From Hyphochytrium catenoides (Eukaryota > Protista > Hyphochytriomycota), in the NCBI GenBank assembly GCA_900088475.1, contig FLMG01000725.1:1-64000 (forward strand): a stretch of DNA of 64,000 nt, given 5' to 3'. Of this stretch, positions 36,839-48,310 are shown piece by piece. The position numbers and the translations under genes are program-made. A model generated the notes under the pieces. It was not told where the DNA came from and did no database searches. It saw nothing but the letters and a program-made list of their open reading frames with translations. Every line of letters starts with the position of its first letter. The stretch's first letter is position 1.

Positions 36839-36889
36839 GCAACTTATCGCCCTACGAATAGTAGATGCTAGTATAGGGCGATAAGTTGC
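36839..36889. repeat. Perfect 16-bp inverted repeat ~180 bp upstream of the GST start
   Basis: GCAACTTATCGCCCTA (36839-36854) / TAGGGCGATAAGTTGC (36874-36889), 19-nt spacer. Confidence 0.8.
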
Positions 36890-39800
36890 AAACCGGCGTA
36901 TGCAGTGTAATCATTTTACTACGTTTACCTTCGCGGTGCAAACACAATCACTTTGCAGACACAGCAGGGAGTGTGACATTCTAGTGATGAGGACTTTGGC
37001 TATGAGGCTTCTTCCTAATAATAACCAATTCTAGGGAAGAGGCGCCTAGAATGTTGTACGAGTACCGGTATATAAAGAACGGCCTTATGTACCGTGTGCG
37101 CCATGATGGAGAGACCATCACTCCGTTCCTGCTGCGCTAGGATCCGTCATGGCCAAAATGATCTGAGTGATCTTCCCTCTCTCTTCTCTCGTAGTACAAG
37201 TATGGCCTTGGTACAAGTACATACATCTCGTCGTCAGCGAATACTAGGAAATACAAAGGCTTTAGCAGCGCTGCGTTCTCTAATAATTGGCCTATGATGA
37301 CGTCCTCCACGCCAAGGGTTGAATCCTGGCACTATTGGCAACAGCTATCAATCGAGGAAGTACCAGATAATAGTCGGCTACTCTTCTTGGTCAACACCAT
37401 CAAGACTCTGCACGGTAGACAACAGAAGAGAAGGGGAAAAGGGGAACCGGGCGAGGTGAGGGAAGAGATCAGAGACAGCTTGAAAGGAGAAGACGACGGA
37501 CCAAAGGAGTCGGTCTGAGTTCCCCTCCTGCTTCTTCTTGCTTCCCTCTCTAAACATGTTGTTGGTGCCTCTCTTCCTCCTCCTCCTACTCTTCTACCAA
37601 CAGCAACTCTGCAGGGGTAGTTAGTATGAAGATTGGGGTGGGGTGCCTGTCGTCGTCATCGCTGCATCTTTCTGTCGCTTCTCCTCCTCCCCTATTAACC
37701 GTGTAGAAGATGTGGAGTTGTTGGAGTTCTGGGCGATGGCATTACGCTATTCTCCACATCGGTGATAGTAGTAGAGGGCTTGATCGTCATATGAATAGAG
37801 CAAAGCCCTTACAGACTGAAATTAGCGGAGACGGAGAGAGGAGAGAGAGACCGGGGGGAAGAAAGAGGAGAAGAGCAAGAGAGGAGAATGAAAATGGCAG
37901 AGAAGCATTTGAAGATCGCCCGTTTCTTTTCTAAGTTCCACAGAACAGACCGGCAATCACAAGCCACAACGCCTCCTAGCCTCCTCTCTCTTCCCAAGAC
38001 AAAGAACACCGGAACATATTCTCCACAGCACCCTGCAACCCATCCATGGCCGTGACGGTGGTTGTAAGAAGGTTGCTAAGAGGCGAGAGTAGGCTTTAAT
38101 TTTGAAACGTCACGTGGTGGAAAGAACAACCATCCTTCATCCTTGTCATAGCAAGCAGCATAGGCCCAAGCAGTTAGCCTGTGAGAACGGAGTTTGTCTT
38201 TGTAAACAGGAAGAAATGGGCGGTCGAGATGGAATGACACCAAAGTCGAGCCTTCGTTGATCCCAGTACATTGTGGCACATAGACTTACATAAGCCAGTC
38301 CAAGCAGAGGCCATAGTTAGTTGATGACGGACCTAAAGAGGGTAGAAGAAAGCAATCAATAACCAGCTAACAGATGTCGGTAGTCCTCCCGACAGCTGTG
38401 ACTAGTATATTGCTTTGACCGACGGATGACTGCATTGACCGCTGACACTGGAAGACAAACAAGGCAGACAATGTAGTGCCCAGCCAGCATCAGCCCAAAT
38501 AGAAAACCAAAAAACAAGCCTTGTCTTGCTGAAGCCTACGCTCCGAAGGGTGCCTAGATACCGGCAGCGCTGAGAAGGAGTCAGCAGCCCGACGGCGAAT
38601 AATCTGCATATGCACCGCCGCCATGTTAGTTTTTAGCTCTTTTTTTATCCTTCGAAGCCCTGGTGAGATCTCGTGATTGACGTGTTTTCTTGAGTCAGCC
38701 GGTACGAGAGATCTGTAGTACGATACGTTAAGCACTGGACGAGGCTTCCATCAACGTAGAGCTCGCTTAGAGCTCGTTTGCTATGGCACACTCCAGCCCT
38801 GTATACATTTTTCACTACGGATATTATGCCGCAGCTCTTTCAGGAGAGCGGCTAATGTCATCAGAAAATCGACAACAGAGAAGTTTCGCTCAGCAAAGAT
38901 ATGAGTTCTTGCATGCCCCCCGGGGTCGCGCGAAAGAGGGAACAGCAGCCCAGCCTGAAGTGGTGGATAATAAGAAACCCACAGCGATAGTCACTAGGTG
39001 TTTTTCCTCTTGATGACAATAATGGCAAGATCATCGCGGCCTCAATTTTGATTTTCACTCCAAGGCAAAAGTGTTCACTATGCTGAAGGTAACGCCCGTC
39101 AATGAGCGTTACCCCTAAGAAGCAAAACTCATAGGATCATCGAGCTAGTGTCTTCACCATGTCCCATCTCGCGCCATATTAACATTCATCAGAGGCGGGT
39201 GCAAGAAGAAGAAGCACCAATAAAAGAAGGAGCTGGCTCTTAGTACCTCTCCACCGCTCTCAGTCAATGTAGAAGCACAACGTGGCAAGGATGAGGCCAA
39301 GCCTACCACCCCAAACTGAGCCCCTGGTTTTTCTTAAGGTACCGACGAAGCAGCCAGCAGGGTGTCCCGCTCATCGTAACTCAGAGGCTGCTGGGATCAT
39401 GGCGTATAGTACGTAGAGACCTATTATAGGGGCTGAGCATACAGTAGTGATGTTGATGAAGAGGGAAGAAGAAGAAGTGCCAGCCAGTTCATGAACAGGA
39501 AACATTCTGCTTTGACTCCTTACATATAATAATGTGTTAGTTGAAAGACCTTGGGCGGCTCGTGGCACTTGATACATACTGATTTTGGGCCCACTAGTCA
39601 AGAGATTCCAAGGACGAGGAAGACAACGATCAACAGATCACAATGACCAACTTGACCAACGTGACCAAAAGCCAGCGGTAGGCCACGGCAGAAGGGCTTA
39701 CTTTCTTGCCATCATAGTGTTATTATGGTATGACACTAAGCATCCGTTCAAGCATAAAAGGCCTTAGTTATATTAAGGGCGGGTTATGTGTGGGAGGAGA

Positions 39801-40028
39801 CACACACTATGATGATGGATGATGGTTTAGGGACAGCAAGATGGCCACACTCACAAGGGTTCAGGATGAAGGATCATGAGAAGATCATAAGCACGAATAA
39901 TTATGCGCACAAGAACTTCAGAACAAGGGCCATAAGAAGAAAGATCGCCCTATTCTTCTTCTGTCAGGCTGACAAGAGGCCCAAATGGTGTTAGCAGAAG
40001 AAACCCTATCTTCCTACCAGCCTTCTTC

Positions 40029-41444
40029 ATGCTGCTGCTGCCTCGACCTAAACAGCGTGATAACTCCTCCGAGATCTTCGTCGCCGCGCGGCAGACAGAA
40101 GAGCGCAAGCAGCCAAACCTCAAGCACATAAGCAAGCAGGCACGCCATCCAAGTGACTATCAACCGACAAGCATCATCGTGACCATTGTAGTGCTTTTCC
40201 TGAGAAAGGTCATCATTAGTAAGAAGACAGTGATGAACCCCAGCAATCACCACCTTCCCAGCACAAATAGAGGCACTGGTCGTTGGGCCAGCAGCAATGT
40301 CGATTTCGTGACCATGCTCCGAATCGGCGTGATGTACCTGAAGCTAATAAGCTTCTCACTTTTCCATCTCGTGGTGGTCGCGTTCCGTACGCTTACAGGA
40401 ACAAAGCTGCACCGCTCCTGGACATTTCGCGCCGAGTACTCTGTGGGCATCTTCCGTTACTTATCTCACGTACAGGACGTTCCGGTGCTGCGATACTTCG
40501 GCGACCGCATGGTGGCAGCCGCAAGCATTGGCTGCACTGGAAGTTACGAGGCTGTTTCTACAGAGTTCGAAGGGACTGTTGTTGAAGGAGTGTGGATTTC
40601 TGGAGATGGGGCCAATGGCCAACTAGGACAAGGTGGAGCAGAATCATCGTCCATGGCGTCTCGAACGATCCTTTACTTCCATGGTGGAGGCTACGCCTTC
40701 GGGAATTGTCTCATGTACCTCGAGCCTCATTTAAAGCTCATCAGTCTCTTTGCTAAGCGGGGTATCAATGCAAGGGTCTTCTCTGCGAAGTATCCCCTCG
40801 CCCCAGAGAATCTCTATCCAAGCCAGTTGGAGGCGGCGCTAGCCACGTATAAATGGATGCTCTACAACCAGCATGTCCCGGCCAAAGAGATTGTGATCGC
40901 CGGAGAATCTGCGGGAGGGAACCTCGTCATGGCTCTCCTTGTAAAACTACGTTCAGAGCCTGCTACCCAGCCTCTTCCTCTTCCCTTTGCCGCGATTCCC
41001 ATCTCTCCCATGCTGGACCTCACACCAGATTCACTCTCCGAAGAACCTCAAAGCGCCAAGGATCTCTGCGGTCCGAACGCGTTTCTAGGCGTTATCCGGC
41101 GTTATCTTGGGCCAAAGAGCTCTCCGCAGCTTCGTGCTTCGCCAACAGTCAGCCCTGTGAAGGCTGACGCTGCCATACTGCAAGCGCTGTTTGGAGCTAA
41201 TGATAGCAAGGTCAAACTGCTTCTGACCTACGGTGGATTGGAGGCGTTAGCTCCTGAAATACTGCGAATGGCAGAGAGAATCATGCAGAGCGCTGAGCCT
41301 GATGCCGTCGAGCTGGATTGCGACAAAGATATGCCGCATGCCTATCAGATGCTGGGGACTCCTTACTTTGGCCAGGCGGCTGCTGATGGTCTCGAGAGGA
41401 TTGTCAACTGGTGCTGCGACGAGATCAACAAGGCTAAGCAGTGA
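40029..41444 (+). CDS. Alpha/beta hydrolase, hormone-sensitive-lipase (Abhydrolase_3) family esterase
   Basis: Oxyanion motif YFHGGGY, YPLAPE..YP, nucleophile elbow AGESAGGNL, ISPMLDL, catalytic His in DMPHAYQ; the real start may be 40233 or 40314; N-terminal hydrophobic segment. Confidence 0.9.
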   Translation: MLLLPRPKQRDNSSEIFVAARQTEERKQPNLKHISKQARHPSDYQPTSIIVTIVVLFLRKVIISKKTVMNPSNHHLPSTNRGTGRWASSNVDFVTMLRIGVMYLKLISFSLFHLVVVAFRTLTGTKLHRSWTFRAEYSVGIFRYLSHVQDVPVLRYFGDRMVAAASIGCTGSYEAVSTEFEGTVVEGVWISGDGANGQLGQGGAESSSMASRTILYFHGGGYAFGNCLMYLEPHLKLISLFAKRGINARVFSAKYPLAPENLYPSQLEAALATYKWMLYNQHVPAKEIVIAGESAGGNLVMALLVKLRSEPATQPLPLPFAAIPISPMLDLTPDSLSEEPQSAKDLCGPNAFLGVIRRYLGPKSSPQLRASPTVSPVKADAAILQALFGANDSKVKLLLTYGGLEALAPEILRMAERIMQSAEPDAVELDCDKDMPHAYQMLGTPYFGQAAADGLERIVNWCCDEINKAKQ

Positions 41445-42989
41445 GCTCACTTCTTTTTTGGTAGTATCGCACTCTAGTATGGCTGTCGTCCGGCCTAATG
41501 CATTAGATAAGATAGTGTGAAGTCCGCCGTGAGTCACTGAGCCGTGTCACGAACGAAGTAGGAGAGAGCTTTCGTGACGATTATGTGCACTTTAACCAAA
41601 GCAGAGTGAGGCACTTCTTTGATCTCTCATCTACGAAAAAAGGAAAAGGTTGAGGAGCAGCGAGGTGGTAGGAACGTAGGAGAAGGAGGATGCTAGGATA
41701 TTGAAGTGGAGGGGAAGAGTGCTGCGTCATTAGATGCAACTTCACGATAGCAGAGTGAAGGCGTGTAATTTCTCATCAGTCCTAAGGAGGAAAGGATCTG
41801 CGGGGGGCAGCCCGTTTGATGGCTCGTTGGTGACAGCTATGGTAGGATAGTCGAACATTGGAAAATGGCGTCTAAGCGGCGACAAGTTTTTGAGAAGTTA
41901 TTATAGGGATCCGCTTGTTTGTGTGCACAAGTAGTTCATACATCTTATCGTCGTCAGTTATCACCTTCAACACTGTCTAAGGCTCTACGGTGATCGTTAA
42001 TGGCCGGTCGTCACTTCCCCCGCCGCCAAGCATTAGCTCTTGGCACTATGCGTAACGGCAGGTCTTCTAGGAAGTACCCAGATAGGAGGCTGCTCTTGGT
42101 CGACACAGAGAAGCTATTATACCGTGGAAGAAGACAACAGAACAGAAGTACCGGGCGAGACGGGAGGGAAAGATCATCAGAGGGGCGAAGCAGGAGATAG
42201 ACAAAGTCAGTGGGGGAAGAAGAAGATCATCACAGCAAACACCAGGAGCCTAAAAAAAGGGTAGTAGCAACGGCGGGCTTACTTGAAACAGATAGAGGAA
42301 AGAAGTTAAATGCTTGCCAGCAGCACCAGGACTCAGAGCTCAGCTATTCGGCGACATTGTCGTCGGTGATTTGGAAAGCAAGACAGGAGACGACGGTGCG
42401 GCAGGAGCAGCATGGAGAGAGTGCACTCTCACTTCTTTGTTGAATGCCCGACCGCATCTTCAATTAGATCTGAGGTATCGGTTTAGCAGACAGTCTTCCT
42501 ATGTTAGAATATTATACTAGCAATATGGTGCCAAGTTATGAGCTCTTGACTTTTTTTTTGCCTTAGTGGCGAAGCGGTTCCACGCCATAGACAGGTAGTA
42601 GATCTCCCTCTTCGCCTTGTTGACCACTGGTGGGTGGTGTGGGGCCAGTTCAAGCAACAGATATCCTCCCTTTCTCTGTCAGCTATTAGATATTTGTCAG
42701 ATGCGCCCGACCGTCAGAACTTCCTCCCAACAATAGCAACTAGTTTGGAGAGAAGGCAAGTGGTTAACTAAGAGTCCTACGCCCTGAAAGGTAGGGACAT
42801 TCAAGAGCTTAGAGCCTGGGCTGCTATCTGACTCTTTTCGTCGTCACAACAGTAGTCTACTATAGGAATTAGTGAAGTCAAACTGTCCGATATACTGAGG
42901 CGGTCACTGTTGACCAGCTCTCCGACCACGTGCAGCATGACGACGATGAGTGTGGCGGTGAAGACCCTGCTGCTTGTCTGTGTCTGGCC

Positions 42990-43038
42990 CTCTGTCTGTC
43001 TCTCTCTGTCTGTCTGTCTGTCTCTCTCTGCCTGTCTC

Positions 43039-43078
<40 letters not shown>

Positions 43079-43147
43079 NNNNNNNNNNNNNNNNNNNNNN
43101 NNNNNNNNNNNNNNNNNNNNNNCTCTCTCTCTCTCTCTCTCTCTCTC
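42990..43147. repeat. (TCTG)n/(CT)n microsatellite containing an N gap (43079-43122)
   Basis: Directly visible. Confidence 0.95.
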
Positions 43148-43663
43148 ACTACCCACCTCAAAACTATGGTACTGATATCAAACCGATAACTGAATACTTC
43201 TTACATCATATACATTTTACCTCTTAATACCCAGAACTCCTCTTGGAGCTCAGGCCGTTATATTGCCTTGTAACGACTGTAAAAAAGGGGATGTGGCACC
43301 TGTGGCTCCTCGACCCCAGCAGCATCAGAAGCCTGCTGGCGATAGATTTGAAGACTTCCACCGCGCAACATCCTCAGCAAAGCTCCTTCTCATGCCTAGG
43401 GAAGTGCTACAGGCAGCTAGCGCCCTCTTTCCTTCCCTATCTGTCATCCCACTGCTGAGCTTCATCAAGGTGTCGGCAACCAACTGGAGGTACCAATGTA
43501 CCTCGTGGTGCCCCGTGTAATAAGATTATACATCCATCCTCAGGGCATGATGGATAAGATTCATCTCCTCGTGAGGGCGCACCACAACCTCGGGAAGTGA
43601 ATCTAATTTGAGCGTAGAAGATGGACGACGCTTTGCTTCTACGTTCCCTCGCATTATAGAAGG

Positions 43664-45430
43664 ATGGCGTCAGGCAACTCCTCCTGGCACACCCCTATAC
43701 AACCCTTGCAATCTACTAAGGTTCATGCCATCATCGTCTCAACCCCAACAAACTCTTCACCGCAAACAGCAAGCGTCGTCCAAGTTGATAGCACCACTAC
43801 TGAAAGGCATGCGTCTCAAGGCCAGAGGAATAATGATTACCTAGTGGTTCCTTCATCGCCACTTCCAGACATTGATTTGTCTGTTTCAGTGGCGGCCATG
43901 CTCTTCGGTAAGGAGTTCAGCCGCAAGCAGCTGACACTCTTGGTGAAGTACCGAAGGCTTATGTACTCTGTCTTTAACATGGCCGCCATTATGTCCTCCA
44001 CAGTTCTCTTTGTCCCAGCCTCCGTGGGAGCAATCCTTGGACCCATATCTACCTTACTGGCGCTACCTTGGCTACTCAATAACATGCTACAAACGCGGTG
44101 GGAGATCTGGCGGCTACTCTTCCGGACGTTTGACTTCTGGTTCCTCATAGTTGTCAACCTCATCAATACAGGCTTGATGATGGTCATGGCCGGTGACCTC
44201 AGGGCCACATGCATGGTGTTCAGCTTCATAGGTACAATTCCACCGATAGCTTTCGACGCCTATTTGATCGACAGGACAACGCTACAACGTGGCATGATCG
44301 GAGGTGTCGTGGGTGCCATTGTTACCGCCCTAGCTCTTCGTCTTGGCTGGGCGGATGGCATTCGAGACCTTTCATGGAGGATTGGAGACCATCAATTGGA
44401 GTCAGTAGATATTGTCGTAAGCTTGAGCTGTACGTTTGCTGCAGCGTTTCTCAAAATATTGTGGTTTGGTGAGCTGAACCAGCGAGGTGCCAGGAAGCGC
44501 GGCGTTGACACCAACAAGGAAAGCATCATTATTTGCCAGCTATACTGCTGTGATTTGACCCTGCAACCAACGTTGGTACCAGCACCATATTTTGAGCGAA
44601 CGAAGGTCTCCCATATAACGACTGTGAGTTACGTCGTGTCGCTTCAGCTATGCCGAGGAATACCGAGCTTGATTTGTCCGTCGTCTACTCTTTGCTTGGA
44701 ACCGAAAGGTTGCAATCGACTCTCCCCCTGCGACCTTATTCGTGTGCTTACCCTCGTTGGGACTGTAGCAGGCTTGGCGTGTGCGTATGTCGCACTATTA
44801 TGGGGGCGGGGCAAACCTACAATCAGCCCGCCAGCGATAGCACAGATCCTCGTAGCTGCTTGCAGCCTCCTCTGTACGGCGATGGTTCTGATTCTATCCT
44901 TCCTGACGCTGAACAGAGTAATTCTTAAGTGGCTTCTGAAAACGCTTGACTTCTATTACACGTCTGCGGTGGCAGTAACTGTCTGTCTGGGGCTATGTGA
45001 CATCATGGATTGGGATCTAAGGTCCGTTGCCCTAGTATCCCTTTGCTTGTGGATACACTGGGTCCTCTTGCTGGATGGTCTTCTGCCAGAAGCGAGGAAT
45101 CTGTTACTATTCAGCAAGAAGCTTCAGGGCGCGCTTGTACTCATCGTGCTTGCTATCGGTAAATTTTGGATAGTCTACAGCATGTACTTCGTGGACTCTG
45201 ACAATTACCGGAACAGGACTCTGTGGGAAGGAAGTATCATGGGCAATGGATTCTCCATAAAGACATATCCTACCACCACAACGCAGCTCCTGACACTGAT
45301 CATGCTGGAGTGCAGAGCTCTTTGGAGAGTGTGCACCATAAAAGAGGATGCGCTTGTCTTTCTTCAGGGAGCTGTGCAGTTTCACAACTCGATGAGCGCT
45401 TTGCCGGCTGCCCATGTCATAGGTATCTAG
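43664..45430 (+). CDS. Multi-pass membrane protein with two internal repeats, 'TFDFWF'-motif type (588 aa)
   Basis: Intronless ORF with paired motifs RLLFRTFDFWFL..GDLRA..FDA / KWLLKTLDFYYT..WDLRS..LDG; resembles uncharacterised oomycete TM proteins as recalled, not searched. Confidence 0.85.
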   Translation: MASGNSSWHTPIQPLQSTKVHAIIVSTPTNSSPQTASVVQVDSTTTERHASQGQRNNDYLVVPSSPLPDIDLSVSVAAMLFGKEFSRKQLTLLVKYRRLMYSVFNMAAIMSSTVLFVPASVGAILGPISTLLALPWLLNNMLQTRWEIWRLLFRTFDFWFLIVVNLINTGLMMVMAGDLRATCMVFSFIGTIPPIAFDAYLIDRTTLQRGMIGGVVGAIVTALALRLGWADGIRDLSWRIGDHQLESVDIVVSLSCTFAAAFLKILWFGELNQRGARKRGVDTNKESIIICQLYCCDLTLQPTLVPAPYFERTKVSHITTVSYVVSLQLCRGIPSLICPSSTLCLEPKGCNRLSPCDLIRVLTLVGTVAGLACAYVALLWGRGKPTISPPAIAQILVAACSLLCTAMVLILSFLTLNRVILKWLLKTLDFYYTSAVAVTVCLGLCDIMDWDLRSVALVSLCLWIHWVLLLDGLLPEARNLLLFSKKLQGALVLIVLAIGKFWIVYSMYFVDSDNYRNRTLWEGSIMGNGFSIKTYPTTTTQLLTLIMLECRALWRVCTIKEDALVFLQGAVQFHNSMSALPAAHVIGI

Positions 45431-48310
45431 ATAAACTTCTGTTGAAAAATCTTCTCTGATGGAGTCCAATACGGCCTGCCGTTCTCTCAGGTAATCTTTT
45501 AACAGGTCTACTCATGTGGAGAAGGCGATGGTTTCGAACTTCTTTACCACGGTTTAGTGACTACTTACTGCTAAGCTATACTATCATACAAGTTGAGGCT
45601 GGGAGGGCTGGAAGGTATCGATGTTGAGCACGTGGATGCCTGTGTTGAGGGCATCACTGCTTCAGCTGCTGGATGTGTGCCCTCTGAGGCTGTGCTGAAC
45701 CGAGCTAAATGAGGAAGTGATGGGGTAAGAAGCTCCATCCTGCGGATATTATCACCAAGATCAAGCAAGACACCCAATAATGACTCTTAGAGGTCACACT
45801 ACTAGTATATGGCTAAGCTTCTTGCGGTGCCAGTGATGCCGTAGGTCAGATCAAGGACGGCCTCCATTTTTGAGAAGTATGTTAGCTAGCAGGACACCAA
45901 GGAACCAGATTATGGCCCCTCGTGGTCAAAAGTTCATTGGCTCACAGTAGGAAACCGACAAGAACGGACAGGTTCAAGAGCAGGAGATCTACTAAATATC
46001 TAAACAACTGATGTGCCTGGATAAGCAACCTCATACCTTTCTAGGAGACCTTCTCTCTTGATGCTTATCTTCCACTTTTGCTGTTCGTGCAATATCTAGC
46101 GTGGTCATTAGTATCTTCGATTAGTATCATCCATATCAATCTTGATTCTATGCCGTCTTCTCCTTTGGGATAAGCACCATTCACGTCAACAAGCACATCA
46201 ACAAAGGAAGCTGTGTACCACTGAGACTGTTGTTTTGGATGGCAAGATAGACTTTGGAAGAGACGCAATGGAAAGAGGTGATAAGCCTTTCCAAGCTAAT
46301 CGGGTTTATAGGAAGAGTATGGCCCACTACCTTTAGGAGAGAGAGAGGCCCAGAAAGTTGATTTGCAAGCAAATGTGTCATCAGTTATAGCGAGTCTGAA
46401 ATCCTCTACCATCCGCAAGGACCAACACCTTCTCAGTTACATCGCCAGCGGAGGTAGTAACACCCCGACTGTAAGTTCATCCCATGGGCGTGTTACTCCC
46501 ATGGGAGAGCTTTTGACGTCAGCAGCGGTATTAGTACTACCGCTGTATTCTGGACTGGCAGAGCAGGCCAAACTCTGAGACTCATGGTATACTGTCAGGC
46601 TCAGCAAACAGCAGGACCTTTGTACCCTTGATCTGATTAATAGTCTCTGGACGCAGCAGCTCTGCTCCTGGTCTATCCAAATGTAGATGAGTCATAATGA
46701 AAACGAACCCTAGAGAAGTAGTTTGTCTTTCTCTTTGCTGCTTCGTCTTCAGCACCGATACGAGTAGAAACTCTATCAAGTCTACTACTTTCTTCCTTTG
46801 CAAGGCCGATCCTTCTAACCGTCAATAGTTGTCTGCATAATAAATGCTGATACTTATTTAGTACTAGCAATCAACAAGCAGTAGTTCTAAAAGGATTTCC
46901 ACCACAAAGTGGTTCTACGCACTGCTGAGGGTGCAAACCTCGAAAGGCCTCGACTTGGTGACTTGGTCAATGAGAAAAGGAAGCAGAGACGGCGGAAGAA
47001 AGAAAGAACATGGTTCTTCTTCTTGATGTCAAAGAACCTACACCATCGACCCTGCAAGCTGCACACACTACCGTTGAACACTTTCTACTAGTAATAAGAC
47101 CTTCTACAACTGTACATCAAATAACATGCCCTACAACTCAAACAACTGTTTTTCAGGGAACAAGTTTTTATGTTTTACAAAAAACGCGGCCAAACCAAAG
47201 TTTCCGCCTATGATTGGCATGCTGAAGGAGAGAAAGAAACATCCCAAAGGATTCACACTGCTGAAAGGTTTCCGTCTCTCTCTTGGCAACAGGATCGATA
47301 AGAATCAAAGCGCATGGTGCCTCATTGATACCACGATTTCTATAGGGCTTCATCCTTAGTTCTCTGAGTGCGATCATGAAGAGTTTTATTCATACTCATG
47401 ATGCTGACAACATGGGTTGGACAAGGACGAGCGTCCAAGTCCAAAAGGCGAGAGAGAGCCAGAAGTACTGAATGCGCGTGACCATAGAGGATAGAGTTCT
47501 ACATGCCACAGAGCGGAGGAGAGGAGGAAGAGGTGAGGATAAGCGGGAAGACAAGGACAGAAGAAAGAAAGGAGCGCATCTCGATGGAGGCCAAGAGCGG
47601 TAAAAAGATACAAGGAAGTTGAGGAGATGAGAGAGAGGGAAGGAATGGAAAGCCGCGCCTGAGCTATAACGAGGAAGGAAAAAGATACTAAAACCTGGCG
47701 TTCACTGCTGCCTGCTAGTGCATAGATTGAGATATAGCTTTCTTATTCCGTCATAGACGTCACCAACCAGCTCTTCCTCTCGGCCACAGTCTGCCTTGTT
47801 GCTCTTTGCTATTGCATCGATCTTGGAAACAGGGCTTATGATCCAAGAAGCCTCAATGAAGGATAATGAGAGTGAACAATAAAAAGGTGGAGCAACGCCG
47901 AGCAGCAAACTTCTCGCCCGTAGTATAAGAAGACAAGGGAGCACTGAGGGCAGGAGCGAGAGTCTCTGATAGCGGTGATGCTCAGTCAGCTTGACCTCTC
48001 GAGCGCTGGCCAGTAATACGATCTCTGTGAATCGTTCCTTTATGACCTCAATCAAATGATTCATTATGGGCCCTCCATTCTCTTGCCCATCTGACACGGT
48101 GACCATGTAAGGGATTGCATCGCGCCACAAGAGACTTTGTCTGATTTCTCCACCTTATAGACAATATATCGGGGATGAGCGACCGATAGAGCGGCGCGAT
48201 TATCATCTGCTGTCCCTCATCTCCTTCTTATAGGTCGCCAAAAACTTCGAGCGTACCGCAGTCGGACAGCCGCCAGCCCAGTAACCGCCGTTTCTACTCA
48301 TTAGGTTCCA

